64,000 nt of DNA from the human T2T-CHM13v2.0 reference genome, Homo sapiens. The position numbers and the translations under genes were made by a program. Where the stretch lies: assembly GCF_009914755.1 (NCBI RefSeq), contig NC_060934.1, one strand, 5' to 3'. The stretch's first letter is position 1, and each line of letters begins with the position of its first letter. The notes under the pieces are model-generated. The model saw only the letters and a list, made by a program, of their open reading frames with translations. It searched no databases and was not told the origin of the DNA. Positions 26,053 through 45,640 of the stretch are shown here, in pieces.

Positions 26053-28383
26053 GGATTTGGGGCTTGATAGATGCTCAGTGTAATTGGAGGTATTAAAAGG
26101 GTTTAAGCAGGAGCTGATATAATCCAATTTATATTTTGGCATTGTGGTACAAAGAACCATCCATCCATCCAGGTGGAGGGGATGCAGGGAGTCCAGTTGA
26201 GGCTATTTATGGACAACCAGGTGAAAGATGGTGATGGTTTGGACAGTAGTGGTGGTAGTGGAAATGGAGAAAAGAGTAACAGAAGGTGACTGGGCTTATG
26301 GGGAAAGGGCATGAGTTCTGTCTGGCATTGTTATGGTTGATGTGTCTTTGTGACAGCCAAGTGGAGATTTAGAGAAGGTGATTGAATATGAGAGTTCGCA
26401 GCTCAGAGAAGTCTGGGTGGGGATATAGATGTGCAAGTCTTTGCTATGGAGTTGGTAACTGAAGCCAGGTTTCCCAGGAAGAGGTTTTAAATGGAAGAGA
26501 GAAAAGAGCCTGACTGAGCCTTGAGGAATCCACTATACTGAATAGCCTGGTGGGGAGGAAGAGTCTGCAAGAGGGACCAGAATGAGTATCCAGAGCACCA
26601 GGAAGAAAGCCTGGAGTGAGAGTTTCCCAAAGTATAAGGAAGAGGTTATTTCAAGAAAAAAAGAATGGTCAAGTAAAGTAAGGGTGGATGAATGCCCACT
26701 GGATTTGGTGACTTGGTGGCCTTCATTGACCTGAGCAAGAGCTTTCAGTGAGGGGAAGAGAATAGAAGCCAGACTGGAAAGATAAGTGCTTGTTTTGCCA
26801 GTCATGGAGGCACACACCTGCAATTCCAGCACTTTGGGCTGAGGCGGGAGGGTCATTGGAGGCCAGGAGTTTGAGACCAGCCTAAGCAACATAGTAAGAC
26901 ACTGCCTCTATTAAAAAAAATTTTTTTTCATAGAAATGAAGTGTTCGTTTTGAGAAATTTTGACTGAGATAGAAGAGAGAAACAAAAAAACACAAGGGAG
27001 GGGAGGTCCTGTATGCTTTTGTTTAACAAAGTGAAGCTTGAGCAGGTTTAAATTTTCTTGGGAAAAGTTGATTGAGAAGTAATTGAATATATGGGAAAGA
27101 TAAGCAATAATTAATGGCATAGGGTTCTGAAAAGAGGAAGGGGGTAGGACCCCAGGCAGCAGGAGAGAAAGGCTGAAGGGGGCAAATTTTGATTTATTTG
27201 TGGGATTGGTGTTAGAGATTTGAGGAAATTCCCGTTCAATGACTTCAATTTTCTTTGAGAAGATGAAAATCTGCTGTTAACAAAGCAGGAAATAAGATTG
27301 TCAGAAGGTTGAGAGAATAAGAGCTTAAGATAATAGTTGAATTTCACGGAAGAGAATTGCAGATGCCACATAAGCACAAGAAGAGATGTTCAACATCATT
27401 TGGCATTAGAGAAATGCAAACTAAAACCACAATGAGAGAACTGCTTCCAGGAAAACGAAATAGAGGAACCCTTCCCTATTCCTCCTGCTAAGTGCCACTA
27501 AACACCCTCGACGTTTTATGTATAAAACAAACACAGGCGACTGAAAGACGCAGAGAAGGAAAAGCTGCCTAGAGATCTCAAGATGGAAGAATGACACAGT
27601 GGCGAGTTCTCTGGGTTTTCTTTTTGCCTCATTTATCCCACATTTGAAACTAAAGAAGAAGCCAGTAGCTCAGTCAAGATAATTAGTGCAGCAAAAAAAA
27701 AAAAAAAAAAATACAGCCCCAATAAAGGCCTGATGTGTTTAGCCAAATAAATGGGAAAAGGGCAGCCTTTAGGCATAGCTGTCCCACTCCAGCAAAATTC
27801 CATGGAAAAGACCATGGCCCCCATCCCCACCAGCCCAGCAAAGGTTGAATGGGGAGCCTAGACTTCTACTCTGTCAGAGCTGTAAAAAGGCAACAAAGAC
27901 CCCTTTTGAGATGGTGTCAGGTAAGTCCAAGTAGGGAACTGAGACTTTTATGCTCAACAATCAGTAATGAGCCCACCCCAAATTGTCAGTGGAGACCACA
28001 TGATCAGCCTGGACTTCCACTTCTATCTGGCAGTAATGAGGGGCCCTCCCCCAACCTCAGATGTCAACAGAGGCCAGGTAGAGAACCTGGACTTCTACTT
28101 CTACCTGGAAGTAACAAAGAGGTGACCCCTCCTTCCCTTGCCAGAAAAGTGCCAGGGAATCCCAGCTAAAACAGAAAGTTTAAATAAGATCCACAGGCTC
28201 ATATTATAGGAAAATATCCAGATTGCAAGTGAAAATTACTCATCATATACAGAACCAGGAAGATCTCAAACTAGATGAAAAACAAACAATTATAGATGCC
28301 AACACTAAGATGAGAAAGAGATGATTAGGATTATCTGACAAAGACTTTAAAGTAGCTCATATATATATATATATATATGTATA

Positions 28384-28432
<49 letters not shown>

Positions 28433-29271
28433 GAGACAGAGTCTCGCTCTGTTGTCCAGGCTGGAGTGCATTGGCCCAATCTCGGCCCACTGCAGCCTCT
28501 ACCTCCCCGGTTCAGGCAATTCTCAAGCCTCAGCCTTCTGAGTAGCTGTGATTACAGGCGTGCACCACCATGCTGGGATAATTTTTTGTATTTTTAGCAG
28601 AGATGGGGTTTCACCATGTAGGCCAGGCTGGTCTCCAACCCCTGGCCTCAAGCAGTTTGCCTGCCTCGGCCTCTCAAAGTGTTGGGATTACAGGCGTAAG
28701 CCACCACACCCGGCCAATATTTTAACAAACAATTTGGAACATGCATGAAACAAATGAAAAGAATTAGAAAAACTCATCTAGGAAACAGATTATATAAAGA
28801 AAAAACTCTGAATGGACTCAACCGCAGAATGGAGGGGAGAGAAGAAATATTAAACAAAATAAAGCAGGAGCAGCTATACTAATGTCAGATAAAGTAGATG
28901 TCAGAGCAAAGAAAATTACCAAAGAGAGAGAAGAACCCTATATATGATGAAGTGTAAATCCTCCAAGAAGACTTAATAATTCTGAAAGTGTATGCACCAA
29001 ATGCTGGAGCTGAAAAATATGTGAAGCAAAAACTGATGGAATTGAAAGCAGAATGAAGCAATGGAAACTTCAACAACTCCCTCTCAATAATTGTGAGAAC
29101 AACTAGGCAGAAAATAAGCCAGGATGTACAAGAACTCAACACACCATCAAGGAATGGTATCTAATCAACATTTATAGAATGTTCCACTCACCAGCAGCAG
29201 AATACACATACTTTTCAAATGCCCATAGAACATATACCATGATAGGTAATATTTTGTGTCATGGAGTGTAG

Positions 29272-29463
<192 letters not shown>

Positions 29464-29814
29464 TGAGCCACCACACCTGGCCAACAAATTTAAAATAACT
29501 GAAATGATATAGAGTATGTTCTGTAATCATAATGAACCAAAATAGAAATCAACAACAGAAAGATAACAGGAAAATCTTCCAACATTTGCAAACTAAACAA
29601 AACACTTTTAAATGATTCATGAGTGAAAGGGAAAGCATCAAGGGAAATTTTAAAAATGCATTTAACTGAATGAAAATTAAAAAATAAAACATATGAAAAT
29701 GCATAAGACACAGCTACATTAGTGCTGAGAGGGAAATTAATAGCACTGAATACATTCATTAGAAAAGAGAAAAGATTTCAACTCAATTATCTAAGCTCCC
29801 ACCTCAAGAATCTA

Positions 29815-30165
<351 letters not shown>

Positions 30166-30420
30166 TCAAAAATAAATAAATAAATAACAGCAAAATCACT
30201 AAAATTAAAAACACAAATCTACAGAAAACCAATAAAACAAAGACCTTTTTTTTTGGAAAAGGTAAATTCACAAAACTCTTGTAAGACAACAAAGAATAGA
30301 AGAGAGAAAACAAAAATCTCAAATATCAAGAATAAAACTGAGATATCTCTACAGATCCTGGAGACAGCAAAAGGATAATATGGAAATACTATAATCTACA
30401 CTCATAAATCTCCAAGCCTA

Positions 30421-30609
<189 letters not shown>

Positions 30610-32490
30610 CTACACTCCAGCATGGGTGACAGAGCGAGATTCCCTCTCAAAAAAATAAAAAATGAAAACAAAGTTACTAACCCAACAACTATTAAGTAAA
30701 TTGAATTTATAATTTCCAAACTCCTAAAAAAGAAATTCCAGACCCAGATGATTTTATTAGTGAATTCCATCAAATGTTTAAAGAAGAACAAATACCCATT
30801 CTATGCAATATTGTCTAGAAAATGGAAGCAGAGGAAACACTTCTCAATTCATTTTATGAAGTTAGTATTAACCTTATACCCAAACCAGATATGACAAGAA
30901 AATAAAACTACAGACCAATACCTCTCATGAATATAGATGCAAAAACCCTTAACAGAATATTATCAAATAGAAATTAACAACCTACAAAAAGGATTATATA
31001 CCATGATCAAACAGGGTTTATTCCCAGGGATACATGGCTAATTTTCATATGGGAAAATTAATCATTATAACCGATCATACTAACATACTAAAGAATTTAA
31101 AATCCCATGATCATATCAATAGATATAGAAAAGGTACTTGACAAAATTCCACACCCGTTCATAGGAAAAACTCAGAAATATAAGAATAGAGGAGAACTTC
31201 TTTAACTTGATACACAATCTACAAAAACTTATAGCTAACATACTTAATGGTGAAAAACTGAATTCTTTCCTCCTGAGATCAGGAGCAAAGCAAGCTGTCT
31301 GCTCTCACCAATCTTATTCAACATAGTGCTAGAATTTCTAGCTAGTGCAATTAAGGCAAGAAAAGGAAATAAAATGCATACAGGTTAGAAAGGAAGAAAT
31401 CGAACTGCATCACTTTGCAGATGACATGGTTGTCTGCATAGAAAATCCCAAAGCATCTTACAAATAAGCTCCCAGAATTAAGTCACCATCAATGCAGGCT
31501 GCAGGATAAACATATAAAAAGCAAATTGTTTCTGTATACTAGCAACACATGGAAACTGAAATTAGAATACAATACCGCTTATAATTGCTCAAATAAAATT
31601 AACTACTCAGATGCAAATATAAAATAGCATATACAGGATTTGTATACTGAAAACTATGCAATGCTGATGAAAGAAATCAAAGAAGATCCGAATACACAGA
31701 AAGACACATCATGTTCATGAACTAGACTATTCAACACTGTTAAATATTAATTCTCCCCAAATTGATATACAGGTAGAAAGGAATGACTATTAAAATCCTA
31801 GCAAAATGTTTGTAGCTATAGATTATTTTCAAATTCATAAGAAAGGCAAAAAAGCAAGATTACTTTAAAGTTTTTGGAAAGGAAAAATAAAGAAGGAGAA
31901 ATCTGTGTATTCGATTTTAAGACACAGAGCTACGTAACCAAGACTGTGTAATTTGGCAGAAGGATAGTCACACAGGTCGGTGGAACAGCACAGAGAACCC
32001 AGAAACAAACCCATACCAACATGCCCAACTGTTTTTGACAATGGGGCAGAAGCGATTCAATGGAAGGATAATCTTTCCAACAAATGGAAATCCACAGGCA
32101 AAAATAAATAAACAACAAACAAAAATAAACCTTGACCTATGTCCTACATCTTATACAAAAATTAACTCAAAATAGATCATGGATATAGATATAAAATGTA
32201 AAACTATACAACTTTCAGTAAAAAACTTGGGAGAAAATCTACAGAATAGAGGGCCAGGAAGAGTGTTCTCAGAATTGATACCAAAAGGATAAGTCCATAA
32301 AAGGAAAACCTGATAAATTGCTCTTCATCAAATTAAAAACTTTTGATCTGCAAAAGGACTCTGTTATGAGGATGAAAAGACAAGCTTCAGAATGGAAGAA
32401 AATATTTGGAAACAATATGTCTGACAAAGTGCTAGTGTCTAGAGTATATAAAGAACCTGAAGACTCAACAGTTAAAAAATAATGCAACTA

Positions 32491-33396
32491 GGGGGAGGAG
32501 CCAAGATGGCCGAATAGGAACAGCTCCGGTCTACAGCTCCCAGCGTGAGCGACGCAGAAGACGGGTGATTTCTGCATTTCCATCTGAGGTACCGGGTTCA
32601 TCTCACTAGGGAGTGCCAGACAGTGGGCGCAGGTCAGTGGGTGCGTGCACCATGCGCGAGCCGAAGCAGGGCGAGGCATTGCCTCACTAGGGAAGCGCAA
32701 GGGGTCAGGGAGTTCCCTTTCCGAGTCAAAGAAAGGGGTGACAGACGCACCTGGAAAATCGGGTCACTCCCACCCGAATATTGCGCTTTTCGGACCAGCT
32801 TAAAAAACGGCGCACCACGAGATTATATCCCACACATGGCTCGGAGGGTCCTACGCCCACAGAGTCTCGCTGATTTCTAGCACAGCAGTCTGAGATCAAA
32901 CTGCAAGGCGGCAGCGAGGCTGGGGGAGGGGCTCCCGCCATTGCCCAGGCTTTCTTAGGTAAACAAAGCAGCGGGGAAGCTCGAACTGGGTGGAGCCCAC
33001 CACAGCTCAAGGAGGCCTGCCTGCCTCTGTAGGCTCCACCTCTGGGGGCAGGGCACAGACAAACAAAAAGACAGCAGTAACCTCTGCAGACTTAAATGTC
33101 CCTGTCTGACAGCTTTGAAGAGAGCAGTGGTTCTCCCAGCATGCAGCTGGAGATCTGAGAACGGGCAGACTGCCTCCTCAAGTGGGTCCCTGACCCCTGA
33201 TCCCCGAGCAGCCTAACTGGGAGGCACCCCCCAGCAGGGGCACACTGACATCTCACAAGGCAGGGTATTCCAACAGACCTGCAGCTGAGGGTCCTGTCTG
33301 TTAGAAGGAAAACTAACAAACAGAAAGGACATCCACACCAAAAACCCGTCTGTACATCACCATCATCAAAGACCAAAAGTAGATAAAACCACAAAG
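32491..33396 (+). promoter_or_regulatory. L1 5'UTR bidirectional internal promoter, CpG-rich, with intact YY1 site (caagatggc) and +97/98 splice donor (ctgag|gtaccg, 32588/32589)
   Basis: Canonical L1PA 5'UTR sequence with many retained CpGs. Confidence 0.85.
32726..32941 (-). CDS. L1 ORF0 (71 aa), intact
   Basis: MAGAPPPASLPPCSLISDCCARNQRDSVGVGPSEPCVGYNLVVRRFLSWSEKRNIRVGVTRFSRCVCHPFL*, the primate L1 antisense ORF0. Confidence 0.85.
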   Translation of the reverse strand: MAGAPPPASLPPCSLISDCCARNQRDSVGVGPSEPCVGYNLVVRRFLSWSEKRNIRVGVTRFSRCVCHPFL

Positions 33397-34433
33397 ATGG
33401 GGAAAAAACAGAACAGAAAAACTGGAAATTCTAAAACGCAGAGCGCCTCTCCTCCTCCAAAGTAACGCAGTTCCTCACCAGCAACGGAACAAAGCTGGAT
33501 GGAGAATGACTTTGACGAGCTGAGAGAAGAAGGCTTCAGACAATCAAATTACTCTGAGCTACGGGAGGACATTCAAACCAAAGGCAAAGAAGTTGAAAAC
33601 TTTGAAAAAAATTTAGAAGAATGTATAACTAGAATAACCAATACAGAGAAGTGCTTAAAGGAGCTGATGGAGCTGAAAACCAAGGCTCGAGAACTATGTG
33701 AAGAATGCAGAAGCCTCAGGAGCCGATGCGATCAACTGGAAGAAAGGCTATCAGCAATGGAAGATGAAATGAATGAAATGAAGAGAGAAGGGAAGTTTAG
33801 AGAAAAAAGAATAAAAAGAAATGAGCAAAGCCTCCAAGAAATATGGGACTATGTGAAAAGACCAAATCTACGTATGATTGGTGTACCTGAAAGTGATGGG
33901 GAGAATGGAACCAAGCTGGAAAACACTCTGCAGGATATTATCCAGGAGAACTTCCCCAATCTAGCAAGGCAGGCCAACATTCAGATTCAGGAAATACAGA
34001 GAACGCCACAAAGATACTCCTCGAGAAGAGCAACTCCAAGACACGTAATTGTCAGTTTCACCAAAGTTGAAATGAAGGAAAAAATGTTAAGGGCAGCCAG
34101 AGAGAAAGGTCGGGTTACCCTCAAAGGGAAGCCCATCAGACTAACAGCGGATCTCTCGGCAGAAACCCTACAAGCCAGAAGAGAGTGGGGGCCAATATTC
34201 AACATTCTTAAAGAAAAGAATTTTCAACCCAGAATTTCATATCCAGCCAAACTAAGCTTCATAAGTGAAGGAGAAATAAAATAAGTGAAGGAGAAATAAA
34301 ATACTTTACAGACAAGCAAATGCTGAGAGATTTTGTGACCACCAGGCCTGCCCTAAAAGAGCTCCTGAAGGAAGCGCTAAACATGGAAAGGAACAACCAG
34401 TACCAGCCGCTGCAAAATCATGCCAAAATGTAA
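33397..34433 (+). pseudogene. L1 ORF1p, disrupted
   Basis: MGKKQNRKTGNSK... Premature TAA at 33463-33465 (codon 23). A 20-bp tandem duplication at 34261-34300 creates a stop and frameshift. Confidence 0.93.
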
Positions 34434-34481
34434 AGACCATCGAGACTAGGAAGAAACTGCATCAACTAACGAGCAAAATAA

Positions 34482-38315
<3,834 letters not shown>

Positions 38316-39541
38316 ACAATGAGATCACATGGACACAGGAAGGGGAATATCACACTCTGGGGACTTTTGTGGGGTGAGGGGAGAGGGGAGGGATAGCATT
38401 GGGAGATATACCTAATGCTAGATGACGAGTTAGTGGGTGCAGTGCACCAGCATGGCACATGTATACATATGTAACTAACCTGCACAATGTGCACATGTAC
38501 CCTAAAACTTAAAGTATAATAAAAAAAAATTAAAAAAAAATAATGCAACTAAAAATGGGCAAATACATGCAGAGATATTGTACTGAAGAGAATATACAGA
38601 TGGCAAATAAGCACATGAAAAGATGTTCAACCTTATTAGCCACTAAGAAAATGCAAATTAAAACCAGAGTGAGATAACCTCACATAGCTATCAAAATGAC
38701 TAAAATTAAAAACAGGCCCCACATGTTGGCTCATGCCTGTAATCCCAAAATTTTAGGAGGCTGAGGCAGGAGGATGGTTTGAGCACAGGAGTTTGAGACC
38801 AGCCTGGGCAACATAGTAAGACCCAGTCGTTATAAATAAATAAATAAATACAAACAGAGACAACATCTAATGCCAGTGAGAACATGAGGAAAATTCACCA
38901 CTGACACGTTGCTGGTGGGTATGTAAAATGGTACAGCCACTCTGAAAGATAGCTTGATAGTTTTCTTAAAAACAAAGTGCAACTACCATACCACCTAGTA
39001 CACCTCCGGGCATTTAATCCAGAGAAATGAAGCCTTCTGTTCACACAAAAAGACCTATACACAAATGCTGATAATAGCCTTTTTGCCCCACAGTGGAATA
39101 AACATAGCTGTCCTTCAAAAGGTAAATGATTAAACAAACTGTAGTATGTACATACATGGAATAGTATTCAGTAATCAAAAAGAATGAACTATTGATATAC
39201 ACAACAACCTGGATGAATCTCCAGAAACTTATACTGAGAAAAAAATCCCTGTAACAAAAGGTTACATACTGAATGAGTCCATTTATATATCATTTGTGAA
39301 ATGATAAAATTTTAGAAATGGAAGACAGATTAGGATTTTTCTGGAGTTAGGGATGGAGTAGGGGTGGGAGGAAGGTGGGGGTGACTATAAAAGAATACAT
39401 AATGAATCCTTGTGCTGTTACAGTTGTTTAGTATCTTTGTTATGATAAAGAATACATGAACCTACACAGATGATAAAATTGTATAGAATTTACACACACA
39501 AATGAGGACAAGTAAAATGGAAATCTGCATAAGATCAGTGA

Positions 39542-39999
<458 letters not shown>

Positions 40000-40670
40000 T
40001 AATTGTTTTTCCACACATAAATTAATACAATTATATATTTTGTTTCATATAAAAATATAAGTTGACTGGAAAGTGTAGTAGGAGAAGCTCGGGACAGTAG
40101 CCATGACCATTTGAGATAAGTGATTATAGTCCTGTTGTTTAAGTTCCTCTAGCACTTCTTGGCTGCTCAGGTAAGGCCTTGAGAGGAAATTATGTGGGGT
40201 CATCCAGAGGTGGGGTTTCGTTGATGACCATGAGAAAAGAAAAAAAGAAAAATAAGGTTTAGGGCCATTAAAGTGACAGTGTTGAGAATCTAGTCTGACT
40301 GAGGAGGATAATGAAGAGAAAGAGGTGATGCTTTGGATGAAAGCAAGAGTCAACAGACTAGAAATCCTAATGAAGTAAAAACACAGAGTGGGGTAAGTGA
40401 GCATGCAAGCTGGTTGGAAAGGAGCAGTCAGGGAGAATGAAATTTTAATTAGACTATGAAGATGGACCATCTTGGAGGGGACATAAGGTCAAGGATGACT
40501 ATGCAAGTCATGGGTGAGGTGGAGTGGACAAGGAGTTCACTGGTAATAAGGAGGTCAAGGAAACAAGAGTCGCAGATATTGGATGCTGAAGTCATCAGAT
40601 TTATGGACAGCTGATAGAGCGAAGAGCAGGACCTTGCACCAGGAACCTAATGCTTTAGCCTGTGAAGTGA

Positions 40671-41302
40671 TGTGGTGGCTTAGTAACATGTCAGCTTGGC
40701 TAAGTGGAAGCAGATTTCCTAGAATCCCTTTCCTGTTTGTTTTCAGTTAGGCTTGGCCACAAGAGACAAATTGCAAGGCATGGAGACATTTTTCTAACAC
40801 TTGAAAATTCTATGCAAGAGCACCAGGAAGCTCAGTCACCTTGTCACTTATCTACTGGGTCACCTTGTTGGCATGGGATGCCAGCCAGGCTTGCAGCTGC
40901 TCCATCCTCCCCTGAATTTGTACTTCAGCTTCTCCACTCATGGGTAAGTTATGTGTTTATCTGCTTTTCTTACAAGACACCGTATATTTAAAATTGGAGG
41001 CAGTGCAATACTAACATGGGTTCCAGTCCTTCTGTGTTCATTTCAGCTCATGCTTGTCATCTCCAGCTTGTCCTTGCTCTCTACCACTTTGCAATCATCT
41101 TCCCTTCCCTTCCCAGCCTGCCCTGAGGACTTCATGGTTCAGCATCAGATATGAAGACGACAGCCCTATAGAGACTATTTAACCAGCTTCTAAGGTGGTT
41201 AAATATCTTACCAGCCTATGTAAGGCCGAATCCTACTAACAAAGCACTGGTATATGTAATATCCCAGTGGTTTGCTTCTCTAATTGAACCCTGACTACTA
41301 CA
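40671..41302 (+). mobile_element. ERVL (MLT2-like) solo LTR
   Basis: tgtggtggc...tgtcagcttggcta start and gaaccctgactactaca end. Confidence 0.6.
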
Positions 41303-42611
41303 GGTAAGAATTTTGACAAGAATATATTAATTCTTCTAGGATGAAGAAAGGGAAACTCACTTCAGGTCAATAGAGATTGTCATTTGGGACCCCTTCAAGA
41401 CAACCAATTATATGACTGTCTCTAAAATATTGCTATCCAGCCCCCATTCCTCACTTTTGTCCTACTGGTAATAAGACATTCATCGTGTATCTTTCAGAAG
41501 TCCAGATACCACAGTCTGAGTAGTTCTTTAATCTGCTTATCTGGTGATTCCATCACAAATGGTTCAGGTAAGTCTGGCATGCCTTGGGCTTGGTGTGATT
41601 TTCTACACAAAACACAGATTATAGGTGGACCTGACAATTAATCTAATTAATAAGAAATGCTACATTCAAAGCATTTTATCCCAGACTCAGCTATCTCAGT
41701 TATAAGAAACATATGTTTTCTATTTGAGAACCCTTGGATTTACGCACATTCAATTTGGAGGTTAGAAGGAATAAGGATGAGAGTTCGTAGTGTCTGCTTT
41801 ATCCAAACCTTTTTACAAGGTGAAGATGTGTTAACTAGTTACTATTTTGAGCTCTTCATACTAAAGTTTTGAGTGAAAAACACAATCTGCTAAGTCAAGG
41901 CAACAATATTTTTCTTTTTTTGAACTTACTGCACCATTTAAATTATGAAGAAATCAAATGTTAATAATCATAAACACTTTGTGTTGTAAAACGGCTTTCC
42001 CCTCTCTTTCCTTCACTGTACACTGTACTAAAATGTTTCAGATACTTCCAGAGACAACTGCCTTTAGAGGAGTCATACACATTCTCCTTCAGCCTGGACA
42101 CTAACTCAGCAAGCAGCAGCTTCAGAATAATGCACCTGTGATCAGGCCAATTGGGATAGAGGCATCATCTGCCCTTATCTTCTCAGAGCCAAAGAAACTA
42201 ACTTAATTTTCCGTATCAGCTTCATTTTCCCCTTTACTCAATGCCCAGAGATTAATTCTTGGTTTCAGCCCCACCCCATGAAAAGGATGTCTATTCAATC
42301 AGAGAGACACAAAGATGGCTTGTGCAAACCAAGCAAAAAAGACACAAGAGGAATTTATTCTGGTTAATAAGCTGAGAGCAAACATGTAGAGGCTAATTGT
42401 ATGGTGAGTACAAGAAGAGTTTCTTATCTGGGGAGTGTATAATGTTGGGGTAGACACTGTCATTTGTTTTCTTATCCAATAGCCATCATTCTTCATTGCT
42501 TAGAAAAAAAAACTTTGTGCTACAGCTGTCAGGCAAGTGGCATGGGATTTAGGAGAAAATTATTTGCTGTCAGCCCTGAAGGATGAAGGAATCACAATTT
42601 CTCTGTACAAT

Positions 42612-43105
42612 CATGGTAGTCAGCTTTCAAGATTCCTCCAATGATTCTCATCTCCTGCTATTCATGCCCTTGTGTAGTTATCTCTTGCACAGAATAGGGC
42701 TGATGTGTGACCAGTAGGATATTATGGAAATGGCAGAATTTGATGTTCATAAAAGATGTTGCAGCTTTTACCTCGCTCTCTCAGATTATTCACCCTGGAG
42801 AAGGCTGTTGTTTATCTTTTCACATTGTGAAAACATTCAAGTGGCCCTCTGTGAAGTCCATGTGATTGGGACTTGAGGCTTCCTGACAATAGCCACCACG
42901 AATTTGCCGACCATGTGAGTGGCACAACTTTGTTCAGGTGACTGGAGGCCCAGCTGGCATTTTGCCTGCTATTTCATAAGAGACTCCAAGCCAGAACCAT
43001 CCAACAGAGCCAACTAAGTCTCTTCCAAATTCCTGGCCCAAAGAAACTCTGAGAGATAATACATATTTATTGTTATTTAAGCCACTGAATTTCAGAGTAA
43101 TTTGT
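42612..43105 (+). mobile_element. MaLR (MLT1-like) LTR
   Basis: ...ccaaattcctggcccaaagaaactctgagagataata...ttaagccactgaatttc...gttatgcagaaataaataaca. Confidence 0.7.
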
Positions 43106-43518
43106 TATGCAGAAATAAATAACACCAATTGTGTTGAATCCCATTTCTCTCTCATGGTATATATGTAGTCAGAAAACCATAGACTAAAATCCACAGGCAT
43201 ATATGATAGTCCTTGACATTACCCATGTCTTATTTTAATAATCCTGGCTAGTTAAGTACTGCTAATCCATATCTCCAGAAAAATTTAGAAAGCCCTGATT
43301 TGCAGTGTTTACCTAGTTGTGTGGTGCAAATATTCCCACTGGTTGACATCATGCTACCAACACAGAGTTGGGAAGAAATGCACACAATTGGTTCTTGCAA
43401 GCTCATATGAGCCCCAACGCACCACTGAATTGAGCTCAGAAGAAATAGATTGGGTCAAGTAATCATACTGACCTCTGCCTGTTTGGCCAGAAGGATCTTC
43501 AGAGGTAGTGTAATGTTT

Positions 43519-45150
43519 TGACAATAGCTTTAGGACCAAATGACCAGGAACATAATTTTGCCTATGCTGTTTTCTGGCTGAGTGACCTCAATAGGTACTG
43601 CTTATTGGCAATAAGTGTCAGATTCTTCATCTGTAAAATGAGGATGGCAATTTCTGCTCATCAGAGATTTGAGAGAATTAAGTGAAAATAACAATAGCAA
43701 AAACAACAGTTATAAGTACTTACTATATATCAGGCCAGAGTTGCTTATAAGATATCATTACTTAATTTAATAATACAGGCAAAGCAGTAGGGACTAAATG
43801 AATGCTAACTATCAGCATTGTTATTACATTTCTGAGCAGGGAGCTGTTCATTAGAATGAACACTGAATCAGAAATTGTTGGAACTGACCTGTCTCCTATT
43901 TTCCAACCTCAATTCTTCGTCTTCCTAAGTTGGGCAAAAGGCTCCAGTGAAGAGCTGTGAGGCTTATGTATGGGGACTCACCAGGGGCCAGCCCAGGCTG
44001 CCCACAAGACCATGAGCCACCCTGTGACTGAATGAAGTGGAGAGAAGGGAAAGTAGTTAAGAAATCAAGAAAAGTGTCTTTCAGCACCATGGCCAGAAGT
44101 TGTGCCACAGAATTGGAACAGGGAAACCCAGAGAGCCAGTGCTGTCCTAGTCCTAGTGCTGAATGATCCCATTGGTGTCCTTAGAAGGGCTCTGACTTCA
44201 GCCCACCAGCAGCATGTGGACTTATAAGCTTTCTAGCAGAGTTGGAGATCCCCAGGAAAAAGAAATCTCTTAAAATGAAATGAAACTTCAATCAACCAAG
44301 GCTTTCTAGCCTGATGTGAGTTGTCTTTACACACATATACCTTTTTAACAAAGAAGAAGAAAAGAATGGACATTGATAGAACTTGCATTCTGTGTTCATC
44401 ACCAGGATAGTTGCTTTATAAATATCATTTTGTTTTTAGTCACAACCCAATGCAGCATTTTCCTTACTGACAAAGAACCTGAGGCATGGAGAATTTAAGC
44501 AACTCCCTGAAGGCCACCCAGCTAATCAGCAGTGGGAAAAGAATTTAATTCTAGATCTTTCATTCTAAAGCCCAGCTCCTTACACACGTTGGATGCTACT
44601 ATTTCCAAAATGTCAACAACACTTTGGACTATCAACCTGTCTAAAGAGTATTTGAAGCAGGTAATACAAATTGTTTTCTAATTTATTATGGTCAGTTCTC
44701 TTCTTTGAATCCAGGTGATGCTGATGTCTTCATACCTCCTCTTCACCCTTCAGAAGAGGTCCTCTTGCTTCTAGAAAGAGAATACAAATAGCTACATTCC
44801 TACTCAGTGGGAGAAAGTGAGACTGTTCCAGAAGATGAGGACTTAGGCTGGTAATGTCCTGAGGAAATGACTATGCCAACCTAGAGATCCCCTTGTGTGT
44901 GGTAAGGTCCCCAGTGAACAGAATGGGGCCCTCACCTAACCACATCTCAGGCCTGGCTTCAAGATGGGTTTCAAACCAGAAAGTAATCATATCGGATGAT
45001 TACTACATACTACATACATTGCCATCCTCATTTTATAGATGAAGAATCTGACTCTTATTGCCAATAAGCAGTGCATGTTGAGGTCACTCAGCCAGGAAAT
45101 AGCAGAGGCAAATTTAGGCTCCTGGTCATTTGGTCCTAAAGCTACTGTCA
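43519..45150. repeat. 133-bp inverted repeat pair (43519-43651 / 45018-45150), MIR-derived
   Basis: Ungapped reverse-complement alignment by hand gives 12 mismatches in 133 bp. Confidence 0.9.
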
Positions 45151-45240
45151 GTAATCTCAGTATGCCTGAGATGTGGTCAGGTCAGCATACTTTAGAATGA
45201 ACTTTTATGCTAAGATAATAACATGGTGGTTAAGTATTGA

Positions 45241-45640
<400 letters not shown>

